Assembly: GCA_038087875.1 (NCBI GenBank)
Contig: CM075989.1
Coordinates: forward strand, 12,772,001-12,836,000
Direction of reading: 5' to 3'
Length of the DNA: 64,000 bases
Origin: Malacoraja senta
Lineage: Eukaryota
The notes below the pieces were generated by a model. The model did no database searches, was not told where the DNA came from, and saw only the letters and a list, made by a program, of their open reading frames with translations. Below, piece by piece: positions 1 through 11,650 of this stretch (position 1 is the stretch's first letter; each line of letters begins with the position of its first letter). Made by a program: the position numbers and the translations under genes.

Positions 1-905
1 AGCAGGAGTAGGCCATTTGGCCCTCGAGCCAGCACCGCCATTCAATATGATCATGGCTGATCATCAAAAATCAGTATCCCGTTCCGGCTTTTTCCCCATA
101 TCCCTTGATTCCTATAGCCCTAAGAGCTAAATCGAACTCTCTTGAAAATATCCAGTGAATTGACCTCCACTGCCTTCTGTGGCAGAGAATTCCGCAAATT
201 CACAACTCTTTGGGTGAAAACGTTTTTCCTCATCGCAATCCTAAATGGCCTACCCCTTATTCTTAAACTGTGACCCCTGGTTCTGGACTCCCCCAACATC
301 AGGAACATTTTTCGTGTATCTAGCCTGTCCAATCTTTTAAGAATTTTATATGTTTCTATAAGATCCCCTCTCATTCTTCTAAATTCCAGTGAATACAAGC
401 CAAGTCGACCCATTCTTTCATCATATGTCAGTCCCGCCATCCCGGGAATTAAACTGGTGAACCTACGCTGCACTCCCTCAATAGCAATAGTGTCCTTCCT
501 CAAATTAGAAGACCAAAACTGCACACAATACTCCAGGTGCAGTCTCACTAGGGCCCTGTACAACTGCAGTAGGACCTCTTTGCTCCTAAACTCAAATCCT
601 CTTGCAATGAAGGCCAACATGCCATCAGTTTTCTTCACTACCTGCTGTACCTGCATGCTTACTTTCAGTGACTGATACACCCGGGTCTCGGTGCACCTCC
701 CCCTTTCCTAATCTGACACCTTTCAGATAATAATCTGCCTTCCTGTTCTTGTCACCAAAGTGGATAACCTCACATTTATCCACATTATACTGCATCTGCC
801 TATTCACCCAACCTATCCAAGTCACCCTGCAGCCTCATAGCATCCTCATCGCAGCTCACACTGCCACCCAGCTTAGTGTCATCTGCAAACATGGAAAAGT
901 CACAT
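1..905 (-). mobile_element. CR1-type LINE, 3' fragment (RT C-terminus and 3' UTR), antisense in a DENND4A intron
   Basis: ORFs 120..680 and 625..825 give typical CR1 ORF2 C-terminal motifs (NVDKCEVIHFG, LYRALVRLHLEYCVQFWS, RRMRGDLIETYKIL, FTQRVVNL). Near-identical to the copies at 8777-9174 and 10884-11404. Confidence 0.9.
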
Positions 906-952
906 ACAGGCCCTGCTAGTAAGGACAGCAGGTTTTCTCCCCTGAAGGGTAT

Positions 953-1296
953 TGTGATATTGCAAGGACTACTTTGTTATATCACAAGGACTACTTTGTT
1001 TGCCCGCGTAGCAACATGTATATGTGGGAATGACATGTATATGTGGGAATGACAGATGGCCGTGAATAAACAGAGCCTTGATTTATGCTTGGCTTTAAAC
1101 CCCTAAATATGTTGTACTTCGTGGTCCCGTATCTGTTATACCATTGTTATGACTCTGGAATGACCACAAGTACACTTATTTAGGGGAACCAGAGTGCCCT
1201 GCCCATATTATGTCATTCCCACATATACATGTTGCTATGCGGGCAAACAAAGTAGTCCTTGTGATATAACAAAGTAGTCCTTGCAATATCACAACA
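953..1296. mobile_element. Non-autonomous DNA transposon (MITE), ~80-bp TIRs, TGT...ACA ends, 5-bp TSD GGTAT
   Basis: 953-~1035 (tgtgatattgcaaggactactttg...) is the reverse complement of ~1210-1293. GGTAT occurs at 948-952 and 1297-1301. No ORF. Confidence 0.85.
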
Positions 1297-2864
1297 GGTA
1301 TTAGTAAACCAGGTGATAACTATTTTCAAGAAAGGTGTGATAAGTTTATGCAGCATGTATTGGTATATTTTTATTACAAATTAATTAACTGGTTTTTAAA
1401 TGCCATAACATCATGTTGCCTTTAACAGCTAAACTATTAAGCTATATTTCAGGGTCAATTGTCCAAATATGTGAATGGTTAGTTCCATGTAGAAGATATT
1501 TAATAGTTTTATTATCAGGTGCATAAGCCTTTGACTTTCTACAGAGTAGTGTATAGTAATTATTTTTCGATTTGAACGTGTCTTTGTGAATAGGAGTGAT
1601 GTGCTAATGACAAGACCAATATTTAATGCTCATTCCTAATTGTCCGTGAAACGATCATCATGATTTTTTCTCTTGAATCAATTTAAGCACCATATCAAAG
1701 AGTTATTATCCACGCGAATCATTGGTGCATGCTAAACTGTGATAATTTATGTTTATTTCGGTGAAGTTGGTTGGGTTTTAATCCACATTTAGTGGGATTG
1801 CTCATGCAACTGACAGAAATTGAGCAGCATTCCTGCTGCTTGCTGCACCTCACTGGTCAGTGACAGACCACCTTATCTAATTCGGTCTTCTGAATGTGGT
1901 GCTACTCCACAGTTGTACTCAATGTGGTCTGAATCCCTGGCAATGTATTTGATATCTGTTGTTTAAAGCTGCGTGCCTGATTTAAATTTCCACGTTTATG
2001 TGCATTTATTTCTGAAGCCATGACAGTATTATAATAATAGCAATGTGGGTGATACGCAGAATGAATTAATATTGGTAGAGGTACTTTTCTAGTGCTAAAG
2101 TATTTGTCAGGTTAACCATTAGGACTAGGGCGTTTGAATCAACACTCTTGCATATATCAGTTAATTTAAAGATTATTGAATTTTTAAAGTATATAATTTT
2201 ATTAAATAGTGATTGCCAGTTTAGCTCGAGAACACTAATTGAATTTCCTGGCTTGAGAGAGATGAGCTAATACTTCAGGGTGGTTCAGCAATTGCATCAT
2301 TCCAACCATCTGTGTTCTAGTTTTGTAAGCCCTTGAGTCCAATAATTGCTTCAAGACACTTATATTTCCCAGTCATATTACCAACAAACTTGAACCCAAG
2401 GAATTGATTTATAAGATTTGAATTAAATCACAATTTTGGAATGTTAAGATACTAACTCATTTAAATGGATTGTTATGGTTCTCCTATGGCTGAACAAATT
2501 TAGGCAATTAATAAATAAATGGCCATCATTGATCAGGACTACAGGTTTGATACTTAGGCTGCTGGCTGATCTTGTAAATATTGTGAGTGCTCTGAGGATC
2601 AAGAACAGGAAAAAGAGCCACGATTTCTAATCCTATCCTAATCTTGAATGTCTTGATATAGTATCGTGTGTACATGTTTAAACTAAGAGGGTCAGAATCT
2701 GCTTGAAACTGTCCCCAAAGTTGAAATGCATATTAACATCCACTTTTAATACAATCACTGAATCAATAATACTATTGGCCACTTTGATGCCTTTGGGATG
2801 GAGGGATGAAAATGAAATTATAAGTTGCCAGTGACTTGTTCTAATCTATCTGTTCTCTAAGCAG

Positions 2865-2993
2865 ATGGCAGTGACCTGGATGCTGTTAGCCATGGCAGCA
2901 TGGATAGCTCTAATGAAACTAATACTGTGGAGCAGCCCCAATTCAGCATTGAGCAAATGAAAGTAGATACCACTGATGATAGATCTAGTACAG
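2865..2993 (+). CDS. DENND4A: DENND4A internal coding exon (129 nt, phase 1-1)
   Basis: cag|...|gtacat. Translates [24 protein letters not shown]...DDRSSTG, matching vertebrate DENND4A. Tandem AAGCAG acceptor. Confidence 0.9.
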
Positions 2994-3216
2994 GTACATT
3001 TTATGGTGTCACCAACATCTGTTGACTCAAACTTCTCTTTTTGTTTTGTTCATTGCTTTTTGCTCTCCCCTCTGGTCTGTGTGTGATTATCTGCTTGTAT
3101 CCATCTTATGCGGCTTTTGATTTCCTGCTTATCATAACCATCTTATACCTTCCACATTCCCCTTTATTTTCATTCACCATCTCGCATACCCTTGTATTAC
3201 TGCTCTCTGCACACAG

Positions 3217-3333
3217 CTAGGCTTGGCTCTAGCTCGAGCTATGGATATGGCAGTCAGGAGTCCTTGTATGAAAGGGTTCCATGTCCTTCTCTCTGGATTT
3301 CCTCAGAACTGAAGGATGTCCATATGTTTTCAG
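3217..3333 (+). CDS. DENND4A: Candidate additional DENND4A cassette exon (117 nt, phase 1-1)
   Basis: Long pyrimidine-rich tract at ~3030-3215, acacag| acceptor, CAG|gtaatc donor. Open in the DENND4A frame (ARLGSSSSYGYGSQESLYERVPCPSLWISSELKDVHMFSG). No homology recognised. Confidence 0.5.
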
Positions 3334-3479
3334 GTAATCGGCTAACCTTTTGTCTCTTTTCTGTTTCTGTTTTGACTGACTTACTCAGACTTTTAATTTT
3401 CTTCTTAATAGTTATGGGTTTTTTTTAAAGTTCCAGATGTGATGTGCATGGGAGAGCAAATAGCATCATTAAGTTGTAT

Positions 3480-3830
3480 AGCAGAGAAACAGCCCACTAT
3501 GACAGTGCCAGCTTGTGCCTGTCTTTACAAATCCCACTTACCTGCATTAATTTCATGTCCCTCTATGCCCTGCTCATTCAAATACCTGTCAAAATGCCTC
3601 TTAAATGTTGTCACTGTTCCTGCCTCCACCGCCACCCCTGGCTGTTCAATCCAGATACTATCTATCCATTGTGTGAAAAATGTACTCCTCCAATTCCTTT
3701 TAAACCTCTACCCTCCCACCTTAAAACTATGCCCTCTATTTTTAGACACCTCTTCAAAGGGAAACGGGCTCTGACCACCTGCCCTAAACATGCTTCTCAT
3801 AATTTTATATACGTCTATCACATGGACATG
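3480..3830 (-). mobile_element. Old CR1-type LINE 3' fragment
   Basis: Degenerate CR1 3' end in reverse orientation (...caaatacctgtcaaaatgcctcttaaatgtt...cccaccttaaaactatgccctct). Confidence 0.65.
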
Positions 3831-4993
3831 AAACGCAGGATTTTTTATCGATTCTAAGACATTGGAGTATATTCAGACAAGCAGTTTAGTCTTGCTTTCC
3901 TTAATGTATAGAAGAGGATTTGCTTTAAGTTGGTGATAGGTTTCTGATCCTGTGAGGACACTGCATTCCAAAGGCCTGCTGAGACACATTGTGTGCAAGA
4001 CATATTTTCATATTTATTTACTTGTTTACATTCTTCCAGTACCCTACACTGGGATGGAATGTTCCATTCATTTAATGCTTCCCTCAAATTGTTAAATTAT
4101 TTAATGTGACTCATGGTCATGCATATCGTAGTTGGTTTGTTTTATTTATTATAGGGATCACACTCTTCCAGTTACCCTTATTCTGCATCAGCCATTGTGC
4201 AAATGGCTATTAACTATATTATTTACCAATAAAATGATACTCCATCACTTTTACAGTAGGATTGTATACAGTTCCTTTAATATATTAGGGGTTCTGTTTT
4301 TTTAAAAAACGTTTCCATTGAAATAAACAAAAGACTATGTAGAAGCATTTTAAGCCCAAGCGAGCTCTGGCATTGTGGCTGTGCAGGTTACAGAAATGCA
4401 CCCTGAACTAAAATTGTCAAAATCACACTCTCTAAAAATTTGAGTTATGGAATAAAATTTGCTCGTACATTATTTATTTGGAGGGAAAAAAGTAAACAAA
4501 TGCAAAACCGTATTTTTCAACTCTCATTTCTTAATGCAAGTACAGATGACATGGCTTCACTTTATGGTTGTTCGCTACACGGACCATTTTCTAGGAAAAC
4601 AATCTCCTCCCCCAAACACCCATTCTGGGGATTACATAGGATTACGTTATATTGGATATATGATACAGAAACAAGCACTTGGCCCATCAGCGCATGCTGG
4701 TATTTTCCCCGCTCCACTGAAACTTCATCCTGCCTTTTTTTCATCTAGATCTATCAGCATAACCTTCCTTTTGTTTCTTTTTCATATGGTACTGGTTCAT
4801 TATTGTCCCATGTACTGAGATATAGTGCAAAACTTTATTTTGTGTGCCATCAGGTAGATCATACCATACATGAGTATAACAGGAAGTGGCAAAAGGGAAA
4901 GGAAACAGAGTGCAGAATATAGTATTAAAGCACAGAGAAAGTGCTAATTTTAAAACAAAATGTAAAGGCCATAACAATATACTGGTTAAGTCT

Positions 4994-5160
4994 GTGTTGG
5001 AAAGAACTGCAGATGCTGGTTATATCGAAGGTAGACACAAAATGCTGGAGTAACTCAGCGGGACAGGCAGCATTTCTGGAGAGTAGGAATGGGTGACGTT
5101 TCGGGTCGAGACCCTTCTTCAGCCTGTCCTGCTGAGTTACTCCAGCATTTTGTGTCTACC
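4994..5160 (-). mobile_element. Short PLE-derived fold-back insertion with hammerhead core and 14-bp TSD
   Basis: Arms 5030-5068 and 5122-5160 are inverted repeats. Minus strand 5095-5122 reads CTGAAGAAGGGTCTCGACCCGAAACGTC. TSD tactggttaagtct (4980-4993) / tactgggtaagtct (5161-5174). Confidence 0.8.
5095..5122 (-). ncRNA. Minimal type I hammerhead ribozyme motif (PLE-type)
   Basis: CUGAAGA, extra A, stem II GGGU/ACCC, GAAA, palindromic ACGU in place of helix III, GUC cleavage triplet. Stem I is not formed in this copy. Confidence 0.6.
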
Positions 5161-5794
5161 TACTGGGTAAGTCTCCCCTTAAACACATCTACTATCGTCT
5201 CTTCAACCACTCCCAGTGGGATCAAGTTCCTTTTTCTCCCCATTCTTTGGGTAAAGAAGACTCAACTGAGATTTCCACTGGTTTTCTTGGTGACTATCTT
5301 TTTCTAGAATATCTATGAAGGTTCTAGTTGTGCACTTCTCCACAATTTCATCATTTAAGATCTTATTGGGTCGACACTGACAAGACAAAAGCGATCCAGT
5401 CTGTTCATCCTTTGGTAATATGTATACTTGCATTGATATTATCTTTGGAAATTGCTTCTGTCCTTTATGTAATATGAGAGAGAACCAGTTCTGTCACAAT
5501 ACTCTAACCAAGGTATAATATAGATTTAGCATTACTTTTCTACTTTTTAAACTGTCTCTCGGGGAAAAAGACGTTAATGCTTGATTAGTATTCTTTATTG
5601 CCATGTTAACCTGTAATTTAGATCTCCTCAGCGCTGCTTTCAAGTGACGAGTCAAGTTTTGCGGCATCACACTCTTTCAATGTGGCTACTGATCATCTGA
5701 TGAGTACAGTAATTCTTCATTGAAGTCCTGATAGTGGAAATTATTTCTTATAACAGTGATGTGCTCCCCACACCCTGCTCCTCCCATATTCAAG

Positions 5795-6900
5795 AAATAG
5801 GAGCAGGAATAAGCCATTTAGCTTTTCATGTCTCTGCCATTCATGATCATGACTGTTGATCTATCTGGGGCTATAAAGTTTTTGCCTCTACAGCCCTTGA
5901 CAGTGAATTCTGAAGATTCATCACCCCCTAAATGAAGAAATTCCTCCTCATCATATCCCTAAATGGCCTCTCCCTTATTCTGAAACTATATCCCCTGGTC
6001 TAAGGTTCTTCAGTGAAGGAAAATGTCTTCCCTGCATCTATCCCATCAAGTCCTTCAATAATTTTACTTTTCAAGGAGATCTCTTCTCATTCTTCTTAAC
6101 TATTGAGAATAGTCCAAGGTCATTCCAGCTCTCTTCATATAGAAACCCTGCTATTCTTCAAGCAGTTCAGAGAATCTTCTCTGCACTCCCTATGTGGAAA
6201 TTACACCCTTGTGTAAGGAGACCCAAACTGTCCACAATACTCCAGATGCACTCACAAAGGTTCTATTCAATTGTAATGAGATTTCCTTATTCCTGTATTC
6301 AAGTCCTCTTGTATAAAAGCTAACATATCATTTGCCTTCCCAATGGCTTGTGCACCTGCATTTTGACCTTCAATTTACAAGCACATCTACGGCCCTTTAA
6401 ATATCCAATAACTCACTGTTTAACAAAAAGCTCTGCTTTTCTGTTGTGTGCACTTAAGTGGATACACCACACTTTTGCAAATTGATATCTATCGACCGTG
6501 TTCTCATTCACTCACTCAGAACATCCAAATCCTCTTGAAGCCTCTTTTGGTCTCCTCAGCCAAATCAATGGTGTACATAAATTGTGAACAGCCGGGGCTC
6601 AAGCAACAATCTCTGTGGTACTCAAATCATCACTACCTACTACCTAGCAAAAAACATTTATTCCTGCTGTCTGTTTCCTTCTGTCATCTAATCTTGGATC
6701 CAGTATATTGACCCCAGTCCAAAGTGCTTTAATTCTGCATACTAACATCCTATCGGGTTCTTATCAAAAGCTTCCAGTAAGTCCAAATTCACATCCACTG
6801 GTTTTCCTTTATCTTCTCTACTTGTTACTTCTCAAAAACATGCATAGATTTGTAAAGCCTGATTTCTTTTTCGTAAACTTGTTTCTCAATGCTTTCCCAG
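5795..6900 (-). mobile_element. Degenerate CR1-type LINE fragment
   Basis: Diverged version of the element at 1-905 (aagaaataggagcaggaataagccatt..., ctaaatggcctctcccttattctgaaact..., acccaaactgtccacaatactccagatg). Confidence 0.75.
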
Positions 6901-7012
6901 TGTATTGTTATTCCGTTATATTTATTTGAGAGGCGTTTATAAAGGATGTCATATCATGTTTATAAAGTAATTTTATTAACGTAAAGATGTTTTATTGTTT
7001 TGTTTATCTAAG

Positions 7013-7156
7013 GTGGACAATCAGATCTAGGATACAACTCATTATCGAAAGAGGAAGTTAGACGAGGGGAAGTGCCTTCAGCTCTTGGATCTGAGCAGCC
7101 TGCTGTGTGTCAGCCAGTGGACAAGGAAGACAAGAAAGAGAGTGACTCCAGTTCAT
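7013..7156 (+). CDS. DENND4A: DENND4A coding exon (144 nt, phase 1-1)
   Basis: aag|GT GGA...TCA T|gtacat. Translates [19 protein letters not shown]...ESDSSS. Confidence 0.9.
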
Positions 7157-7982
7157 GTACATCTCAACTCCTATAGTTTCTATTATGTTTGTTAAGAGAA
7201 TCATTGTGCATGACTGGGTTATCATAATCTGGTTTGGTTTGAAGGAAGATTTGATCATGTAAAGTGTCATGCAGACATATCCTGTTCATGCATTCCTCAA
7301 TGCTTGAATTATCCAAAGTTAATTTTGTTGGGTTTGAAATGTGCCACTAAAGTTGTGGAAAGGTGAATTAAAAAGCTAGTATCCACAGGCTGCAGTGGGG
7401 TTGATTACTGATTCCTCAGTTCTCCTCAAATGTGGATCAGAAATAATTTGTTTATCACTTCTGTAAGTACCTTCTACATCCAGGGTCTTGGGAGAGGAGA
7501 GGAGAAAGGTAAATTAAACGGTTATCATGCTAGTTTATTCAGATTGTTTCTCAATTCCTGAAAGTGATACAGGGGGCACGTGGCTGAATTTATTTGACAT
7601 CTATTACTGTTGAATTGCAGCTCGAGAGCTTTAGAAGTGTAACTTGAAATCCAAGATCAGATTTCAGCTTTTGTGCCACTCTTAAGTTTTCATTTGACTG
7701 ATAATCTATTTTGGGTTAATTAGGTCGGGTTTCAGTTCATTTGCTGATTAAAGCTGACTAGAGGCACACCAACCTTTACTCTGCTCCTTGTTGTGAATGA
7801 ATGACCGTGGTCGCATGTTTATTGATGCCTTATTTCATAAATCGAATATCTGACTAAATTATACATTTTCTGGATTGTACCAGGGAATTCGATCTGAGAG
7901 AGAAAATGGTTAGCTCCCCATGTTAGAGAAGTAGAAAAACACATTGTCTTGATGGCTGTCATTAATCCTGCAGGAAGAGTAA

Positions 7983-8507
7983 AGGGCCTATCCCACTTGG
8001 GCGACCTAATCCGCGAGTTCTGCCGAGTTTGCCTTGACTCATACTCGCAGCATGGTCGACACAAGGTCGTAGGACGTCTTCGTAACTCTCCTTCATGCTC
8101 GAGAGTGGTCTCCGCATAATCGAGGCCTCAGCTAGGTTGTGGCGTTTTTTTCAATATGTTAAAAAAATGCCCGCGAGTAAAAAAAGATCGCCATGGAAAA
8201 AATCTATACTTTTTTTACTCGTAGGTTTAGTCGTAGTAGGTCGGCATGTAGGTAATCGAGGGTAGTCGAAGGCAGTTGTAGATAGTCTTCATCATAGTCA
8301 AAGGGAGGTCGAAGGAGGTCGTCTTCACTCTCCACTATTCGGTGTCCAATTTTCACAAAGTTAGTCGTAGCTAGTCGAAGCTGGTCTTCAACATAGTCTA
8401 AGGAGGTCGAAGGAGGTCTTCTACATAGTCGAAGGAGGTCTTCAACATGTCATTTTTTCAAACTCTTCTAAACTCGCCAATTAGGTCACCCAAGTGGGAC
8501 AGGCCCT
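7983..8507. mobile_element. Harbinger/PIF-like MITE
   Basis: TIRs agggcctatcccacttgggcgacctaat / attaggtcacccaagtgggacaggccct, flanked by TAA and TTA. CpG-rich interior with repeated tagtcg/gtcgaaggaggtc units. No ORF. Superfamily assignment is an inference. Confidence 0.75.
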
Positions 8508-8776
8508 TTAGTTTGTGGATTCTGGGTAAGAACCGAATTGGTGAAAAAACAACTTAACCTGAATATCTTTGGAAATAGAGAGTTTGGCAATTGGTGTAGT
8601 ATTTCTTTTGGAACGTGGGTGTCACTGTAAGGCTTGTTCCTACTTGCCTTTGAGAAGTCCACCTTCTCAACCTGCTGCACTTCTCATGAAAATATTGCCA
8701 CAATGCTTTTGGGGAGGCAATATCATAATTTAGTCATGATAAAGGACGGTTATTTAGCCCATCCATCCTTTGGTCA

Positions 8777-9174
8777 CATAGAAACATAGAAAATAGGTGC
8801 AGGAGTAGGCCATTCGGCCCTTCGAGCCAGCACTGCCATTCAATATAATCATGGTTGATCATCTAAAATCAGGACCCTGTTTCTGCTTTTTCCCCATATC
8901 CCTTGATTCCTTTTGCCCTAAAAGCTAAATCTAACTCTCTCTTGAAAACATCCAGTGAATTGGCCTCCACTGCCTTCTGTGGCAGAGAATTCCACAGATT
9001 CACAACTCTCTGGGTGAAGAAATGCTTCCTCATCTCAGTCCTAAATGGCCTACCCCTTATTCTTAAACTGTGACCCCTGGTTCTGGACTCCCCCAACATC
9101 GGGAACATTTTTCCTGCATCTAACCTGTTCGATCCTTTAAGAATTTTATATGTTTCTATAAGATCCCCTCTCAT
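8777..9174 (-). mobile_element. Young CR1-type LINE 3' fragment
   Basis: ORF 8869..9279 contains MRGDLIETYKILKG...FTQRVVNLWNSLPQKAVEA. The catagaaacatagaaa tail is at the left end. Confidence 0.9.
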
Positions 9175-9526
9175 GAGGATGAAGGACTGTTGATACTGTA
9201 TCTCTCCAGATGAGGAGGGTGTGCAACTTGGGGAAGAAGATCTCAAGTGGTGGTGATCTGGTGTTAATTTCTGATGCATTAAACCAGCAGAAATGTAGTT
9301 TGTAAACTGGGTGGGACAGTGGCTGAATCAGTGTTGTGTGGGTTTGGGAATGGTGTCAGATACCAGATCACTACTGGAAGAGTACAATGAGGAGGGGGGG
9401 GGGGAGGAAGTGGTTTGTTTAAAGATGTGAAGTAACTTTGCAGAACTTTCATTTGAAATATAATGCTTTATTTGTGATAATTGCAAAAAATTGATTGTTG
9501 ATTTTTTTGTCTTGCATTGTTTACAG

Positions 9527-9682
9527 TGTCTGAGAGTGAAAGTGCAAAGGGCAGTGGAGACTGTCTGCCCCATTTCGAATTTGAAGGAACAAGAAGTAAC
9601 TTGAAATCTGTATCCAGCATTGTAAAGATGAACTGCAGCTTTGAGACGGCTCAGCCAAACCACAGTACTGAGGGAAATAATG
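9527..9682 (+). CDS. DENND4A: DENND4A coding exon (156 nt, phase 1-1)
   Basis: ttacag|TG TCT GAG AGT GAA AGT GCA AAG GGC = LSESESAKGSGDCLP. Donor G|gtgtgt keeps phase with the next exon. Confidence 0.8.
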
Positions 9683-10480
9683 GTGTGTAATCCATTTCAT
9701 ATCTAGGAGATCAATTTAAAGATCTTCATTCTCTGCTGCACTTGCAATTTTTGATGATTTCAGTAACTCCTGTGCATCTATGTTGAAAGATTTAACTGTT
9801 CAAAAAAGGGTTTAACATAGAATTGTTGCAGCTGTCTGCAAGGCAAATGCAATCAATCATTCACTGATTTTTCCCATTGGGTATTTATCCCTCGAGTATC
9901 TTTTTAATCTCTTACCTAGTTCCTAAATTCTGACTATAAGATTGAATCCTCCTTTCTACGTATGCTCTTGCTACCTTCACTCTGCAACCACTCAGTTCCA
10001 TCCTTGACTCTGGCACCAGGCACACAGCACACCATCCTGGATTCATGTCTGTGGCAACACACACACAGACACACACGCACATGCACACACTCTGCTCTGG
10101 CTGTGTTGCGCAAAGTTAACTGACTGTCAGGTAAAACAAGATGTGCTCTGGTATGGCTGCATGGCCAGCCTGATCTGTTTTGACTGTCTGACTATCCTTC
10201 ACCCTCCCCCCCCAACCCTCTGCTGGTGTCCACTTAAACTGGAGTGATTACCTCCTGAAATGTGCCACTTGCATTGATTTCAGCCGCAAACAGGATTCTG
10301 GTAACGGCAGATGCAAAATATCTGGAATTTGAGCCTTACAATAGGCAATAGTTTCTCTGTGTGTAGTCAGGCAGATTGCGGGAAGCCTCCTGGATTACCT
10401 GCGTGGCACAATGTGCACTTTCAATCGCACTGAGTAAAGTATTAACTATTCTGGGTGTATGTATCTATGTATATGTGCGG

Positions 10481-10718
10481 AAATAGAAACATAGAAAATA
10501 GGTGCAGTAGTAGGTTATTTGGCCCTTCAAGCCAGCACCGCCATTCAATATGATCATGGCTGATCATCCAGAATCAGTACCCTGTTCCTGATTTTTCCCC
10601 ATATCCCTTGATTCCCTTGATTCCATTAGCCCTAAGAGCTATATATAGCTCTCTCTTGAATACATCCAGTGAATTGGCCTCCACTGCCTTCTGTGGCAGA
10701 GAATGCCACAGATTCACT
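10481..10718 (-). mobile_element. CR1-type LINE 3' end fragment
   Basis: Same 3' end as 8777-9000 (atagaaacatagaaaataggtgcag...). Confidence 0.85.
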
Positions 10719-10883
10719 GATAAGGTTCATGGGTAACAATATGGAAACTTTGTTTTCAGAGATTATGAAAACTTGTTACTATATTGATTATATTTCAGCT
10801 ATATTTCAACTTTTAATTCATAAATATAGTATGCTGCCTCTCACCTTTGTGTAATGTTTATGGAGACTAATATACAGTGCAAA

Positions 10884-11404
10884 GATAGACAATAGGTAAA
10901 GGAGTAGGCCATTTGGACTTCGAGCCAGCACTGGCATTCAATGTGATCATGGCTGATCATCCCCAATCAGTACCCCGTTCCTGCCTTCTCCCCATATCCC
11001 ATGACTCCGCTATCTTTAAGAGCCGTATCTAGCTCTCTCTTGAAAGTATCCAGAGAACCGACCTCCACCGCCCTCTGAGGCAGAGAATTCCACAGACTCA
11101 CAACTCTCTGTGTGAAAAGGTGTTTCCTCATTTCCCTTCTAAATGGCTTGCCCCTTATTCTTAAACTGTGGCCCCTGGTTCTGGACTCCCCCAACATCGG
11201 GAACATGTGTCCTGCCTCTAGCGTGTCCAAACCCTTAATAATCTTATATGTTTCAATAAGATCCCCTCTCATCCTTCTAAATTCCAGAGTAAACAAGCCC
11301 AGCCGCTCCATTGTCTCAGCATATGACAGTCCCGCCATCCCAGGAATTAACCTTGTAAACCTACGCTGCACTCCCTCAATAGCAAGAATGTCCTTCCTCA
11401 AATT
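10884..11404 (-). mobile_element. CR1-type LINE 3' fragment
   Basis: ORF 10967..11410: LRKDILAIEGVQRRFTRLIPGM...FTQRVVSLWNSLP. Confidence 0.9.
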
Positions 11405-11650
11405 AGACACAAAAAGCTGGAGTAACTAAGCGGGACAGGCAGCATCTCTGGAGAGAAGGAATGGGTGACGTTTCAGATCGAGACCTTCAATGGGAAGGGG
11501 AATTTAAGTGTTTAGGAACCGGGAGATGAGGTCGGTCCAGGCGGACTGAGCGAAGATGTTCAGCAAAACGATCGCCCAGTCTATGTTTAGTCTCGCCGAT
11601 GTCCACATCTTGAACAACGGATATAGTAGATGAAGTTGGAGGTTGGAGTC
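11405..11650 (-). mobile_element. Penelope-like element fragment (GIY-YIG endonuclease remnant plus terminal repeat with partial hammerhead)
   Basis: Minus strand encodes SNFIYYIRCSRCG..IGETKHRLGDRFAEHLRSV, the GIY-YIG domain with a small deletion. It adjoins the same terminal repeat as 5030-5120. Confidence 0.8.

Noticed and set aside
953-1110. Short direct repeats resembling a CRISPR or iteron array
   Set aside because: Only duplicated sub-terminal motifs inside MITE TIRs; no spacers, and the context is vertebrate.
8220-8450. Repeated gtcgaaggaggtc motifs resembling Shine-Dalgarno sequences or bacterial contamination
   Set aside because: Enclosed by the TIRs of a MITE within a phase-consistent vertebrate intron.
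1-11404. Antisense orientation bias of young CR1 copies in DENND4A introns
   Set aside because: A well-known general pattern for intronic LINEs, and too few copies to be informative.
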